Shown: positions 10,807 to 20,984, numbered from the stretch's first letter. The stretch: DNA of 64,000 nucleotides from Clostridia bacterium (GCA_017510825.1 JAFWMA010000011.1:57646-121645); one strand, 5' to 3'. The notes: generated from the letters alone by a model not told the origin. Numbers and translations: made by a program.

Positions 10807-11574
10807 ATGAAAGAAATACCAAAAAAAATAGAAAAAAAAACAGAACAAATTGAAGGTCGTAATAGTGTTAGGGAATTGTTGAAATCTGGAAACGATGTTA
10901 ATAAATTATATATTCAAAAAGGTGAAAAACATGGTTCGATAATTGAAATAGTAAAATTGGCAAAAGAGAAAAAAATAGTAATAGTTGAAGAAGAAAGATA
11001 TAAACTAGATCAAATGTCGGAAACTAAAAACCATCAGGGTGTAATTGCTAGTGTTCCTCCATATAATTATTACACTGTTGATGATATTATAAAAGATGCT
11101 AAAGAAAAAAATGAACAACCATTTATTATAGTATTAGATGGAATAGAAGATCCACATAATTTAGGTTCAATAATAAGAACTGCTGTATGCGCCGGTGTAC
11201 ATGGAGTAATAATTCCAAAAAGAAGGTCAGTATTAGTAAATAGTACAGTAAACAAAGCTTCAGCAGGAGCAGTACAATATATGAAAATAGCAAGGGTAAA
11301 CAACTTAAACGACACAATCAAATATCTAAAAGAAAAAGATGTATGGATATATGGAACAGATGTAAAAGCAGAAAAGTTTTATTATGAGGAAAAATACGAT
11401 ACAGGAGTTGCACTTATTATCGGCAGTGAAGGAACTGGAATGTCAAGATTGGTAAAAGAAAACTGTGACATACTTGTAAAAATACCAATGACAGAAAAAA
11501 TAAACTCACTAAATGCTTCTGTATCAGCAGGAATAATAATGTATGAAATTGCAAATCAAAGAAGAAAAAACTAA
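10807..11574 (+). CDS. rlmB: SpoU/TrmH-family 23S rRNA 2'-O-methyltransferase (RlmB-like)
   Basis: IEGRNSVRELLKSG N-terminal substrate-binding domain. SpoU motifs LDGIEDPHNLGSIIRTA, IGSEGTGMS and SLNASVSAGIIMYE. Confidence 0.85.
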   Translation: MKEIPKKIEKKTEQIEGRNSVRELLKSGNDVNKLYIQKGEKHGSIIEIVKLAKEKKIVIVEEERYKLDQMSETKNHQGVIASVPPYNYYTVDDIIKDAKEKNEQPFIIVLDGIEDPHNLGSIIRTAVCAGVHGVIIPKRRSVLVNSTVNKASAGAVQYMKIARVNNLNDTIKYLKEKDVWIYGTDVKAEKFYYEEKYDTGVALIIGSEGTGMSRLVKENCDILVKIPMTEKINSLNASVSAGIIMYEIANQRRKN

Positions 11575-11602
11575 ATATCCAAAAGGAAGGATGGAATAAA
11601 TA

Positions 11603-12991
11603 GTGAAAAAAAAGCTTAATATAAAGTTAATAATTATATTATCCTTTATTATAATACTATTAATTGTAGCAGGAGTTTTATATTTTACAACAGATTTCTT
11701 TAGAACAAAACGAAGTGCTTTTTTTAGATATTTTAATACTACTACTGATGCTTTAAATATTTTAGAAAAAGATGAATATAAAGGGTATAGAGAGAAAAAA
11801 CAAATTACTCCGTACATAAGAAGCGGGGAAGTTACAATACAGAATTCATCTAATATTGCAGATAGTGGAATACTTGATAAAATTAAATTTGGGCTTGTAG
11901 AGAAGACTGACTATAGGAACCAAAAATCTAATATAGATATTTCGATAAAAAAAGATTCTACACTTTTGGAAAGAATTTCAGGTGTAAGAGATAGGGATAT
12001 TTATGGATTTTTTTGTGAAGATGTTACAAATACTTACATTTGTGTAAAGAATGATGATTTAAAAAGAATTGCGAGTGATATAGGAATTGACAATTCTACT
12101 GTGCCAAATGAATTTGCCAATATTAATATAGATAAAGTTGTAGAAATATCAAATATAGAAAAAAAACATTTACTAGAGTGTACTAATATTTTAAATAATA
12201 ATGTACCTGACACAGCATATAACAAAGAAGGAAAGAAAAGAATAAAGATAAATGATAAATCTTATACTACAACTGCTTATTCTTTATCACTTGATGAAAC
12301 TGAAAATTCAAATATACAAGCTGAACTTTTAGATAAGATATCCAAAGATAGTATTTTGATGGATTTTTTTGCTTCTAAGTCTATGTTAATTGGTTTAGAT
12401 GAGAAATATACAAAAATTAATTCTTTAAATGAAGCTATAAAAACAAAAATAGAACAATTAAGAAAAAATCCAAATGAAGCTGGTAAATTAGCTATAACTG
12501 TATTTGAATATAAACAGAAAAATGCAAGAACCGAAATAAAAAGTGGTGATAATACTATTGTTATTGATCATATGGTAGATGAAAATGTTGAAACATCTTC
12601 TATAAAATTTAATAATGTTTTATACCAACTTCAATACAATGGAAATAATTATTCAATTACTTATCAAGATAGTTCTAATAATGATAAAAAGGTAAAAATT
12701 GATTTTAGTCAAGATGGGAGCATTGAAAATAACGATATAAAAAATCATTTGACTATTACTTTTTCAGAGGGCATAAAAAACATTACCTATTCATATAATG
12801 ACAAAATTGAATTTATTAGTAATGGTTCTAAAATTGCAGGATTTGAGGAAAAGGGAAATGTTGTATTAAATGATTATAGTGATGAAGATATTAAAAATTT
12901 TGTACAAAATTTAAAAGAGAAGATTAATTCTGTTTATGTAACTAAGGGTGCAATGATAGGAATAAACTTGGATCCGTTATTTGAAACATAA
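11603..12991 (+). CDS. Membrane-anchored hypothetical protein
   Basis: 462-aa ORF with a GTG start and one N-terminal TM helix (LIIILSFIIILLIVAGVLYF). The remainder is N/K-rich and predicted extracytoplasmic. No recognisable domain. Confidence 0.5.
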   Translation: MKKKLNIKLIIILSFIIILLIVAGVLYFTTDFFRTKRSAFFRYFNTTTDALNILEKDEYKGYREKKQITPYIRSGEVTIQNSSNIADSGILDKIKFGLVEKTDYRNQKSNIDISIKKDSTLLERISGVRDRDIYGFFCEDVTNTYICVKNDDLKRIASDIGIDNSTVPNEFANINIDKVVEISNIEKKHLLECTNILNNNVPDTAYNKEGKKRIKINDKSYTTTAYSLSLDETENSNIQAELLDKISKDSILMDFFASKSMLIGLDEKYTKINSLNEAIKTKIEQLRKNPNEAGKLAITVFEYKQKNARTEIKSGDNTIVIDHMVDENVETSSIKFNNVLYQLQYNGNNYSITYQDSSNNDKKVKIDFSQDGSIENNDIKNHLTITFSEGIKNITYSYNDKIEFISNGSKIAGFEEKGNVVLNDYSDEDIKNFVQNLKEKINSVYVTKGAMIGINLDPLFET

Positions 12992-13002
12992 AACAAATTT
13001 TA

Positions 13003-13046
13003 AAGAGCTAAGTTAGTAATAATATCAACTAGTTAGCTCTTTTTTA
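13003..13046 (+). terminator. Intrinsic terminator
   Basis: Stem AAGAGCTAA / TTAGCTCTT with a large loop, followed by a T run (13040-13045). It separates 11603-12991 from the filament locus. Confidence 0.5.
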
Positions 13047-13097
13047 TTACAATAATATTACAAAAATATTAAATTACTGTAATAAAAACAAATAGTA

Positions 13098-13126
13098 TTG
13101 ATTAAAAAAAATATTTGTTGTATTAT
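13098..13126 (+). promoter_or_regulatory. Putative promoter of the Tad-like locus
   Basis: TTGATT (13098-13103), 17 nt, TATTAT (13121-13126). AGGAGG RBS just before 13162. Confidence 0.45.
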
Positions 13127-13161
13127 TATAAGTGTATTTTAATAATTAGGAGGATTATGAA

Positions 13162-14118
13162 ATGGCAACTTTAAACCCATTAGAACAAAAAGCACGTTCA
13201 TCATTTATTAAAGGATTTGTAATTGCATTAATAATAGGATTATTAATTGCAGGTGGAGTAGGGTACCTTTATATGCTAAAATTGCAAGAAGAAGCAGCTA
13301 GAATTAAAAATCAAAATGATGTATTAATTGTAGCTAAAGATATTAAGTCAGGTGATGAGATAAAGGCAGATTCGTTTAAATCTAAAACTGAAAAAGTTGA
13401 TAAAAGTGTAGTTCCAAAAGATGCTGTATCATCATACAGTCAGTTATTAAAAAATCTTCAACCTGAGGGTTCAGAAATAGATACTAGCACAACAAAGATT
13501 ATTGCTAAATCTGATATATATGCTAATACAATGATTACAAGTAGTATGGTTTCTTTATCAACAGAAGTGCCAACAAATGATTTAAGATTAGAACAATATA
13601 ATATGATTGCATTGCCAGTTGATTTAAAAGCACAAGATACTGTAGATATTCGTTTAAGATTACCAACAGGGCAAGATTATATAGTTATTTCTAAGAAAAA
13701 TGTTACAATTCCAGAGGTATCTGGAGTGCCTTCTTCAGATACAATACAAATGAAAGTAACAGAAGATGAGTTGCTAACCATGTCTGCAGCGATAGTAGAT
13801 GCTTATAAGGTTAAAGGTAGTAAGCTATATGCTGTAAAATATGCAGAACCTGGTATGCAAGAGAAGGTTGTTGCAACTTATATTCCTGCAGCTGAGACAC
13901 TTCAATTAATTGCTACTGATCCTAATATAGTTCAGGAAGCTAAAAACAGTTTAATTACCTTCTATAATGGAAACAATGAAACTTATAGAAAAGGTGTTGC
14001 AGAAGCTATTCAAAATGTTGATTCTGAAACTCAGAGATCAAATGTGGAATCGGCTACATCATCAGAAGCATCAACACAAAAGTCTCAAAGACAACAATAT
14101 TTACAATCTATGCAGTAA
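13162..14118 (+). CDS. CpaB/RcpC-like pilus assembly protein (N-terminal TM plus SAF-like domain)
   Basis: TM helix FVIALIIGLLIAGGVGYLYML, then a SAF-like segment VLIVAKDIKSGDEIKADSF as in Flp-pilus CpaB. First gene of the cluster. Confidence 0.6.
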   Translation: MATLNPLEQKARSSFIKGFVIALIIGLLIAGGVGYLYMLKLQEEAARIKNQNDVLIVAKDIKSGDEIKADSFKSKTEKVDKSVVPKDAVSSYSQLLKNLQPEGSEIDTSTTKIIAKSDIYANTMITSSMVSLSTEVPTNDLRLEQYNMIALPVDLKAQDTVDIRLRLPTGQDYIVISKKNVTIPEVSGVPSSDTIQMKVTEDELLTMSAAIVDAYKVKGSKLYAVKYAEPGMQEKVVATYIPAAETLQLIATDPNIVQEAKNSLITFYNGNNETYRKGVAEAIQNVDSETQRSNVESATSSEASTQKSQRQQYLQSMQ

Positions 14119-14137
14119 AAAGTGAAAGGATATAGAA

Positions 14138-14824
14138 TTGGAACAAGTTGGTTTTTTAGGAAGTTATGATAAAAAAGATATTTTGATAAATGTGGGAAAA
14201 GTACTTACAGGATTGGGAAAAAAAGTGTTAGTTATTGACGCAACATTGATGCAAAGACTAAAATACATTGTCCCAAATGTAAGCAGTAATAGAACTATTA
14301 CATATATAAGTGAATACCAAGGAGTAGATTTTGCATTAGGCTTTATGAATTTAATGGGAATAGCACAGTATTTAGGAACAAATCAGTTACCTTATGATTT
14401 TGTGTTTATAGACACAGATAATGTTCAAACAATGAATTCATTTATGTTTTCCAGATTGAAGACTAATTTCTTTGTAACATCTTATGATCAATATGAGATA
14501 TCAAGGATGATTGAAAACTTTCAATATTATAATCAGCCAATGGAAGTAATAAAGGTAATAATATCTGCAGACAACACACCGAAACAGGCAGAGTATTTAG
14601 CACATCTAATGGAAAAAACACCGGTCAGATTGAAAAAAGCTGAAGTTCATTTTGCTGACACAATTGAAGACCGAAAAGCTACACTCGAGGATCAGCTAAT
14701 GAAAGAGGTAAAATTAAAAAGATTTACAACATCATATAAAGATAGCTTAGAATATTTAGTAGCTGTTGCAGGCGAAAATATAGTTAACCAAGCAGATATT
14801 AAAAGAATTATAAAAAAATTGTAG
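14138..14824 (+). CDS. ParA/MinD-fold protein lacking a P-loop (TadZ/CpaE-like, degenerate)
   Basis: FLGSYDKKDILINVGKVLTGLGKKVLVIDA aligns with the ParA pattern xxKGGxGKTTxxxNLAxxLAxxGKKVLLIDxD, but the Walker A GKT/S is absent. TTG start. Confidence 0.45.
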   Translation: MEQVGFLGSYDKKDILINVGKVLTGLGKKVLVIDATLMQRLKYIVPNVSSNRTITYISEYQGVDFALGFMNLMGIAQYLGTNQLPYDFVFIDTDNVQTMNSFMFSRLKTNFFVTSYDQYEISRMIENFQYYNQPMEVIKVIISADNTPKQAEYLAHLMEKTPVRLKKAEVHFADTIEDRKATLEDQLMKEVKLKRFTTSYKDSLEYLVAVAGENIVNQADIKRIIKKL

Positions 14825-14840
14825 GAAGGTATATAATTAC

Positions 14841-15698
14841 ATGTCAATAATTACATTTACAAACAATAATTTAAATGAAACAGGTCAAACCTTAGCTGCT
14901 TCTGCGGTTGCAACGTGTATGGCTATTGAACATAATTTTAGGATTTTGTTAATGTGTACTGATTTTAATAACAATACAATGGAAAGTTGTTATTTTAATA
15001 ATTATAAAAAGAAGCAAACAGGTTTATTTCAAGGAATGGTGGGAAGACAATCTGATATATCTAATGGTATGGAAGGATTAATCAGAGTTTTTGCCAGTAA
15101 TAGGGCATCAAGTGATGTAATAAAAAGCTTTGCTAGACCTATATTATCTGATGGAAGATTAGATATTTTACCTTCTCCTAAAACAAAAGATTTAAAAGAA
15201 TATAAGAATTTGTCAGTATATTTTTCACAAATTGCAGAGTTTGCAAACCAAAGTTATGATATGGTTTTGGTTGATTTGTCGAAGGAAGTGACAAAGGAAA
15301 ATAGAAACAAAGTATATGATTTGTCAAGTGTAATTGTAATGGGGTTAATTCAAAATCTCGAATCTATAGAGGGCTTTGCAAAAAGGAAAGCCGAGAATAG
15401 TTATTATCAAAAAAATAACATTTTGCTATGTGTTGATAAATATAATCAAAATTCAAAATATACTTGTAAGAATATTGCAAGATATTTAAATGAAAAAGAT
15501 AATCCTGTTGCTGTACCATATAATATCTTGTATTCTGATAGTTGCTCTGAGGGACAAATAATTGATTACATTTTATCAGTTAGACAATTATTTTTTACTG
15601 AAGGAAAAGATGGATATTTTTATGAATGTTTAAAAGATGTAGTTGAAAAAATTAATTATAAACGTGAAGAAGCAGAATATGGTCGTACTAGTACTTAA
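14841..15698 (+). CDS. Second ParA/MinD-fold protein lacking a P-loop (TadZ/CpaE-like, degenerate)
   Basis: IITFTNNNLNETGQTLAASAVATCMAIEHNFRILLMCTDF follows the ParA N-terminal strand/P-loop/helix pattern, with GKT replaced by GQT and no lysine. MVLVDLS is a Walker-B-like strand. Confidence 0.45.
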   Translation: MSIITFTNNNLNETGQTLAASAVATCMAIEHNFRILLMCTDFNNNTMESCYFNNYKKKQTGLFQGMVGRQSDISNGMEGLIRVFASNRASSDVIKSFARPILSDGRLDILPSPKTKDLKEYKNLSVYFSQIAEFANQSYDMVLVDLSKEVTKENRNKVYDLSSVIVMGLIQNLESIEGFAKRKAENSYYQKNNILLCVDKYNQNSKYTCKNIARYLNEKDNPVAVPYNILYSDSCSEGQIIDYILSVRQLFFTEGKDGYFYECLKDVVEKINYKREEAEYGRTST

Positions 15699-15722
15699 CA
15701 AAAGTGAAAGGAGCATAATCGT

Positions 15723-17654
15723 ATGAATATAATTATTAATTCTATTGCTATAGTTTTAATTCTTGTATCAGTTCTTCTATTTATAAGATCAAAGCTTAGA
15801 AAAAAAGAAGAAAGAGAAAAGAAAGAAGAAGAAAAACAGCAAAAAATTGATGTAGATGATAAAACTTATACTCTTGATATGATGATAAAATTTATAAAGA
15901 GGAGATTGGATGAAATAACAAAAGTTAATCTTTATGATTTAGGTTTGTCTGAAGAAGAATTGAAAAGAAGAAAGAATAAGAAGTATGAATTAAAAAAAGC
16001 ATTAAAGGGTTGTACCTATGGAGATGTTAATGACAAAAAATATGTTAAAGAATTAATGTTTGATATATTAGAAAAAGAATATGGTGTCGATGAAACTAAT
16101 ATATCTAAGGCTATTCCTTTTGATGTTCCATCTTTATTAACTCCGCAGGATAAGTTTGATATTTTGATATATATGTATAAAAAAGACTTTGGCTATGAAG
16201 CCTTGAATGAGCTAATAAAGAAATATAATTTAGCTCAACTAAAGTATACTGCTGGTGATGCAAAACCATCTTATGTTATTACTCCTGAAGAAATTAGTGC
16301 GATTTATCAGCAAGAAAACCTTGCTTTATCTTTTCAAGATAAGCTTATGGTTGTTGTTCAGAGAATATACCAATTATATAAAGGATATAGTTCAATAGAC
16401 GAAATTAGAGATATGAATATTGATGGTGTATCTGGAGGTGTTTCTGGTTTGCCAGAAAGTTTCCTAAGTCAGGTTGCGCAGACTGATAGTGGAATTATTA
16501 ATCAAGTTATGGATCATAAAGTGCCTAGAGCTTGTGATAGTATTTGGATTATGTATCATGGTGTTTCTATTCGTTTGGCGTTTTTATCTTTTGGAAATGA
16601 ATCAGAGTTAAAAAGAGTTTGCCAAAATATTTATAAATATAATAATCCAGGGCAATTGTCTGATTCAAATGGATATAAAATAAATGAAATGAAAGATGGT
16701 TCTCGTGTTGTTGTTGTACGTCCTTCAATGTCTGAATCTTGGGCATTTTTTGTAAGAAAATTTGATGTTCAAAGAGCAACATTAGAGCAATTGATAAGAA
16801 TACCGGGAAAAGATACTGCAATAGAATTACTAAAATATTTAGTTAAAGGTGCTAGAATTATATCTTTAACTGGTGAGCAAGGTTGTGGTAAAACAACAAT
16901 GCTTATGGCTATGATTGAAAACATTTATGAAACAATGAATGTCCGTGTTCAAGAAATGGCATTTGAGCTTCACTTAAGAAAAATTTATCCTACAAGAAAT
17001 ATTTTATCACTTAGAGAAACAGAAACAATATCTGGACAAGAGGGATTGGATGTTCAAAAGAAAACTGATGGATCTGTTAATATAATTGGTGAGGTTGCAA
17101 CTGATGAGGTTGCATCATGGATGATTCAGGCTGCACAGGTTGCTTCAAAATTTACATTATTTACTCACCATGCTAAGACTTTTCCAGATTTAATTATGGC
17201 ATTGCGTAACTCAATGCTTAGAACAGGTGTGTTTACGAATGAAAAAACTGCGGAGGAGCAGGTTGTACAAGTACTTAATTTTGACATACATTTAGTTAAA
17301 GACTTTACTGGTAATAGATATATACAAAGAGTTACTGAGTGTGTTCCTGTTGAAGATATTAATACATATAATTATGAACAAAGACAAGAAAAATCTCTTG
17401 AAGGAAAATTTGAAAAATTTGCAGATAATGCAACAAGGTATTTTGAAAAAGTAACAAACAAAGAGCTATACAGATATGTTAATATTATGGAGTATCAAGA
17501 TGGACAATATGTTTTAACAAATAAAATTTCAGATGAAAATCTTAGAGAAATGATAATAAATATGGATGAAACTGATTCTGCTGGATTTAGACAATTTGTA
17601 CAACAGCATTGGGGAACTATTTTAACTGAAAGAGGGGAAATTGTAAGAATGTAG
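15723..17654 (+). CDS. CpaF/TadA (VirB11/T2SSE-family) secretion ATPase with an N-terminal TM anchor
   Basis: Walker A LTGEQGCGKTTML. Asp/Walker B region VNIIGEVATDE. His-box-like FTLFTHHAKT. N-terminal hydrophobic helix IIINSIAIVLILVSVLLFI followed by a K/E-rich linker. 643 aa. Confidence 0.8.
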   Translation: MNIIINSIAIVLILVSVLLFIRSKLRKKEEREKKEEEKQQKIDVDDKTYTLDMMIKFIKRRLDEITKVNLYDLGLSEEELKRRKNKKYELKKALKGCTYGDVNDKKYVKELMFDILEKEYGVDETNISKAIPFDVPSLLTPQDKFDILIYMYKKDFGYEALNELIKKYNLAQLKYTAGDAKPSYVITPEEISAIYQQENLALSFQDKLMVVVQRIYQLYKGYSSIDEIRDMNIDGVSGGVSGLPESFLSQVAQTDSGIINQVMDHKVPRACDSIWIMYHGVSIRLAFLSFGNESELKRVCQNIYKYNNPGQLSDSNGYKINEMKDGSRVVVVRPSMSESWAFFVRKFDVQRATLEQLIRIPGKDTAIELLKYLVKGARIISLTGEQGCGKTTMLMAMIENIYETMNVRVQEMAFELHLRKIYPTRNILSLRETETISGQEGLDVQKKTDGSVNIIGEVATDEVASWMIQAAQVASKFTLFTHHAKTFPDLIMALRNSMLRTGVFTNEKTAEEQVVQVLNFDIHLVKDFTGNRYIQRVTECVPVEDINTYNYEQRQEKSLEGKFEKFADNATRYFEKVTNKELYRYVNIMEYQDGQYVLTNKISDENLREMIINMDETDSAGFRQFVQQHWGTILTERGEIVRM

Positions 17655-17703
17655 TTTTGTTGGTAAGGCTTATTAAGTATAAAAAGGAGGTGAACATTAT
17701 TTC

Positions 17704-19788
17704 ATGAATGAAGATGGAAATCAAACTATTTTACTGATTTTTATGGCAGTTATTGTAATTATTTTTATTGGAATTGTTATTGCATATCTATTTTTAAGAA
17801 AAAAACTTCAGAATGAAGATGTAATAAAAATCAATAATTTGAGAAAAGGTACAGAGGAAAGAAATTTTTCATGGGAAGTGTTCTACCAAAAGTTATATAT
17901 TAGATACATAAAAATTCCTTTTATAAAAACTTACTTATTTAAAATTAGAAGAAGATTAGAGATAAATAATATTGATGATGAGTTTGCTACAAGATTACAA
18001 GCATCAAAAATCATTACTAAGGCTTTGTTAGTTATTATCCCACTTACATTTCTTGTTATATTTTTAACCCATAGTAATATGTTGTTAATGGGAATAATAT
18101 TAATATTTGAAATTTTTATGGTTGATTCCTTTACTGATAGTATGGTTAATAAAATAGATAATAATTTATTAATTCAACAAGCTGATTTTTTTGCGCAAAT
18201 GAGACATTCATATCATGAAAATAATATGGTTGCTGAGGCAATTTATTCTACTGCGCAAGATACTGAACATATTGATGTTGCAAGACAAGCTGAAAGAATT
18301 TATGAAATTCTGAATTCATCTGATCCTGAAAATGAGTTAGAAAAGTATTATGATGTTGCTCCAAATAATTATTTAAGAGAGTTTGCTGGCATATCATACT
18401 TAACTCAGGAGTTTGGTGATAGAAAAATTGACAATACATCATTATACTTAAGAAATCTTGAGAATATTACTCAAGAGATGCAGTTGGAAATCTTAAAAAG
18501 AGATAAACTGAATTATGTATTTCAAAGTTTATCCGTAATTGCTATTGTGCCTATAGTATTATTAGAGCCTTTAAAAAATTGGGCAGTTGATAATTTTTCT
18601 TTTACAAAAGAGTTTTATAAAGGAAATATGGGAACTATAATGCAAATTGCTATTATGGTTGCAACTTTTGTATGTTATATTTTAATACGTAAATTAAAAG
18701 ACAATGGTTCTACTAGAATTGTACAAAATAATCAAAATCCTTGGCAGGAAAAATTATATAAAAGAAAAATAGTTAAAAAGTTTATTGATATGGTTATGCC
18801 TAAGCCTGGAACTAAAGAGTATCGAAAAGATGAAAGACTGTTAAAAGATGCCGGTTCAAGGCTGAAAATTAGATGGGTTTATATAAATAAAGTTCTTGCA
18901 TGTATTTTAACTTTTATTGTTTCTATGGTTGTATTTATTTTAATTCATCAAATTCAGATAAATTTTGTATATACTGAACCTACTACTACATATAATTTAA
19001 TTGGTGAAATGTCTGAAAAAGAGGAAAAAAAGGCAATGCAGGTAACTCAGAGACAAAACAAAATAATTGATCAATTTAGGAGAAAACAGGATACTACTAT
19101 AAATCAAATAAAAACTGCAATGAAAAGATCAAAAGACTATAAGGATATTAAAGATGATGATATAGAAACTGAAGCAAATCAAATTTTAGAAAAACTTAAA
19201 ATAGTAAATGATGAATATTTAAAATGGTTTGAAGTTTTATTAGGACTTGCTTTTGCAGTAGTTGGATATTTAGGACCAACATTGCTTATAAAATTCCAAA
19301 TTAAAGTTAGACAGATGGAGATGGAAGATGAGGTAATGTCATTCCAAACTATAATTATGATGCTTATGAAGATTGAAAGAGTTGATGTTGAGATGATTTT
19401 GGAATGGTTAGAAAGATATGCAGATATATTTAAAGAACCGATTGGTAAATGTTTGAATAACTATGAAAGTGGCGCGTGGGAATCTCTTGAAGAGATGAAA
19501 GATGAAGTGTCTTATGAACCATTTATAAGAATAATTGAAAGTTTACAAACTTCAGTTGAAAAAGTTCCTATAAGAGAGGCATTTGAAGAACTTGATTCAG
19601 ATAGAGATTACTATAAAGAAAAGAGAAAAGAAACTAATGAAAGATTAATTGCAAAAAGAGGTAGAATTGGTAGAACGATAGGTTTTGCTCCTATGATAAT
19701 AACATTTGTTGGGTATTTAATTATTCCTCTTGTATATATTGGTTTAACAAGTATGACTTCATCATTTGACCAGATGTCGAAGATGTAG
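17704..19788 (+). CDS. Polytopic membrane protein with two T2SSF-like halves (fused TadB/TadC-like platform)
   Basis: 694 aa. Two repeats of a soluble helical segment followed by paired TM helices. The C-terminal part (AWESLEEMKDEV...FIRIIESLQTS...LIAKRGRIGRTIGFAPMII) follows the TadB/TadC T2SSF pattern. Sits immediately after the ATPase. Confidence 0.55.
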   Translation: MNEDGNQTILLIFMAVIVIIFIGIVIAYLFLRKKLQNEDVIKINNLRKGTEERNFSWEVFYQKLYIRYIKIPFIKTYLFKIRRRLEINNIDDEFATRLQASKIITKALLVIIPLTFLVIFLTHSNMLLMGIILIFEIFMVDSFTDSMVNKIDNNLLIQQADFFAQMRHSYHENNMVAEAIYSTAQDTEHIDVARQAERIYEILNSSDPENELEKYYDVAPNNYLREFAGISYLTQEFGDRKIDNTSLYLRNLENITQEMQLEILKRDKLNYVFQSLSVIAIVPIVLLEPLKNWAVDNFSFTKEFYKGNMGTIMQIAIMVATFVCYILIRKLKDNGSTRIVQNNQNPWQEKLYKRKIVKKFIDMVMPKPGTKEYRKDERLLKDAGSRLKIRWVYINKVLACILTFIVSMVVFILIHQIQINFVYTEPTTTYNLIGEMSEKEEKKAMQVTQRQNKIIDQFRRKQDTTINQIKTAMKRSKDYKDIKDDDIETEANQILEKLKIVNDEYLKWFEVLLGLAFAVVGYLGPTLLIKFQIKVRQMEMEDEVMSFQTIIMMLMKIERVDVEMILEWLERYADIFKEPIGKCLNNYESGAWESLEEMKDEVSYEPFIRIIESLQTSVEKVPIREAFEELDSDRDYYKEKRKETNERLIAKRGRIGRTIGFAPMIITFVGYLIIPLVYIGLTSMTSSFDQMSKM

Positions 19789-19818
19789 TTTTGATATATA
19801 AGAAAGAAAGGATGAAAC

Positions 19819-20325
19819 ATGGAAAATGCGTCTAAGGCCCTAACAATGGCAGGTGGTATGTTGATAGCAATTGCTGTTGTTGGACTACTTATATTTGGCT
19901 TTCAACAATTAAGAAGTTTTCAAAATACTCAGGATAAGGCAACTAATGTTGGGCAGATTGCAGATTTTAATAATGAGCTTGAAGCTTATAATAAACAAGC
20001 TATTCCTGGACATCAAATGCTGTCTCTAGCTAATTATGTTGTAGATTTAAATTTAAGAGCTGAAGATGAGGGATATGATAAAATTCAAATTATAGTTGAT
20101 ATGAATTTTGAAAATCCCAATGGAACTTTTGGATTATATAAACAAAGAGATTTTGATGATTTTGTAAATTTTGTTGCTAATAAATATGAGAATCTTAGTG
20201 ATTATGGTGACGAAGGTTCAAAAAAAGCATTTAAAGAATTGTATTTTAAATGTAACAAAGTTGAAACTAATAATACTAATGGAAGAATTAATAAAATGGA
20301 ATTTATGAAGATTAATAGAAAATAA
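19819..20325 (+). CDS. Pilin-like protein, MENASKAL family, paralog 1
   Basis: 168 aa. N-terminus MENASKALTMAGGMLIAIAVVGLLIFGF (short polar leader, conserved Gly, about 20 hydrophobic residues), then a small soluble domain. Confidence 0.55.
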   Translation: MENASKALTMAGGMLIAIAVVGLLIFGFQQLRSFQNTQDKATNVGQIADFNNELEAYNKQAIPGHQMLSLANYVVDLNLRAEDEGYDKIQIIVDMNFENPNGTFGLYKQRDFDDFVNFVANKYENLSDYGDEGSKKAFKELYFKCNKVETNNTNGRINKMEFMKINRK

Positions 20326-20337
20326 TAGGAGGTTCTA

Positions 20338-20970
20338 ATGGATAATGCCTCTAAAGCTTTAATAATAGTTGGCGAAATACTAATTGCTATGATGGTTGTT
20401 GGAGTTATTGTTTATTCCATATCTAATTTTGGTCGATTTTCTAAAAATATGAATCAAAAATTAGAACAAAATGCCCAAATTGAATTTAATAATACTTTCT
20501 ATAAATATGAAAGAAGAATTGATATTACAGCTGATGAAATTGTAAGTATAATAAATTTTGCAAAAAATAGTAACGATAGTAATGAGCTATACCTTACTAA
20601 TATAGGATATAGTGATGTTGATAGTAAATCTGTTTTCTTTGTTGATGTATTAGTTGATGGAAATAGTTTTTTTAATAGTGTTAATAAAGATAATTTTGAA
20701 GAAGAAAAAATAAAATTTTTAAATAATTATTCAGAGGAATATTTTAAATGTAATGTCAGGAGTATTAATTCTCAGTTAGTTTCTAATGGTATAATTCAAT
20801 TAACTCCATCATTAAATCAAGATGAGATTACTTTTTTTGGTATTGATAATTCAGATAAAGGAACACAGTTAGTTAGAAAAATTAATTTTCAACTTTTAAC
20901 GGATACAGACAAAAATCATTTTGGAAAAGAGTTTAATATGAGAACCAGGGATTTATTTGTTATTAATTAG
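20338..20970 (+). CDS. Pilin-like protein, MENASKAL family, paralog 2
   Basis: 210 aa. N-terminus MDNASKALIIVGEILIAMMVVGVIVYSI. AGGAGG RBS. Confidence 0.55.
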   Translation: MDNASKALIIVGEILIAMMVVGVIVYSISNFGRFSKNMNQKLEQNAQIEFNNTFYKYERRIDITADEIVSIINFAKNSNDSNELYLTNIGYSDVDSKSVFFVDVLVDGNSFFNSVNKDNFEEEKIKFLNNYSEEYFKCNVRSINSQLVSNGIIQLTPSLNQDEITFFGIDNSDKGTQLVRKINFQLLTDTDKNHFGKEFNMRTRDLFVIN

Positions 20971-20984
20971 GGGTAAAAAGTAAA

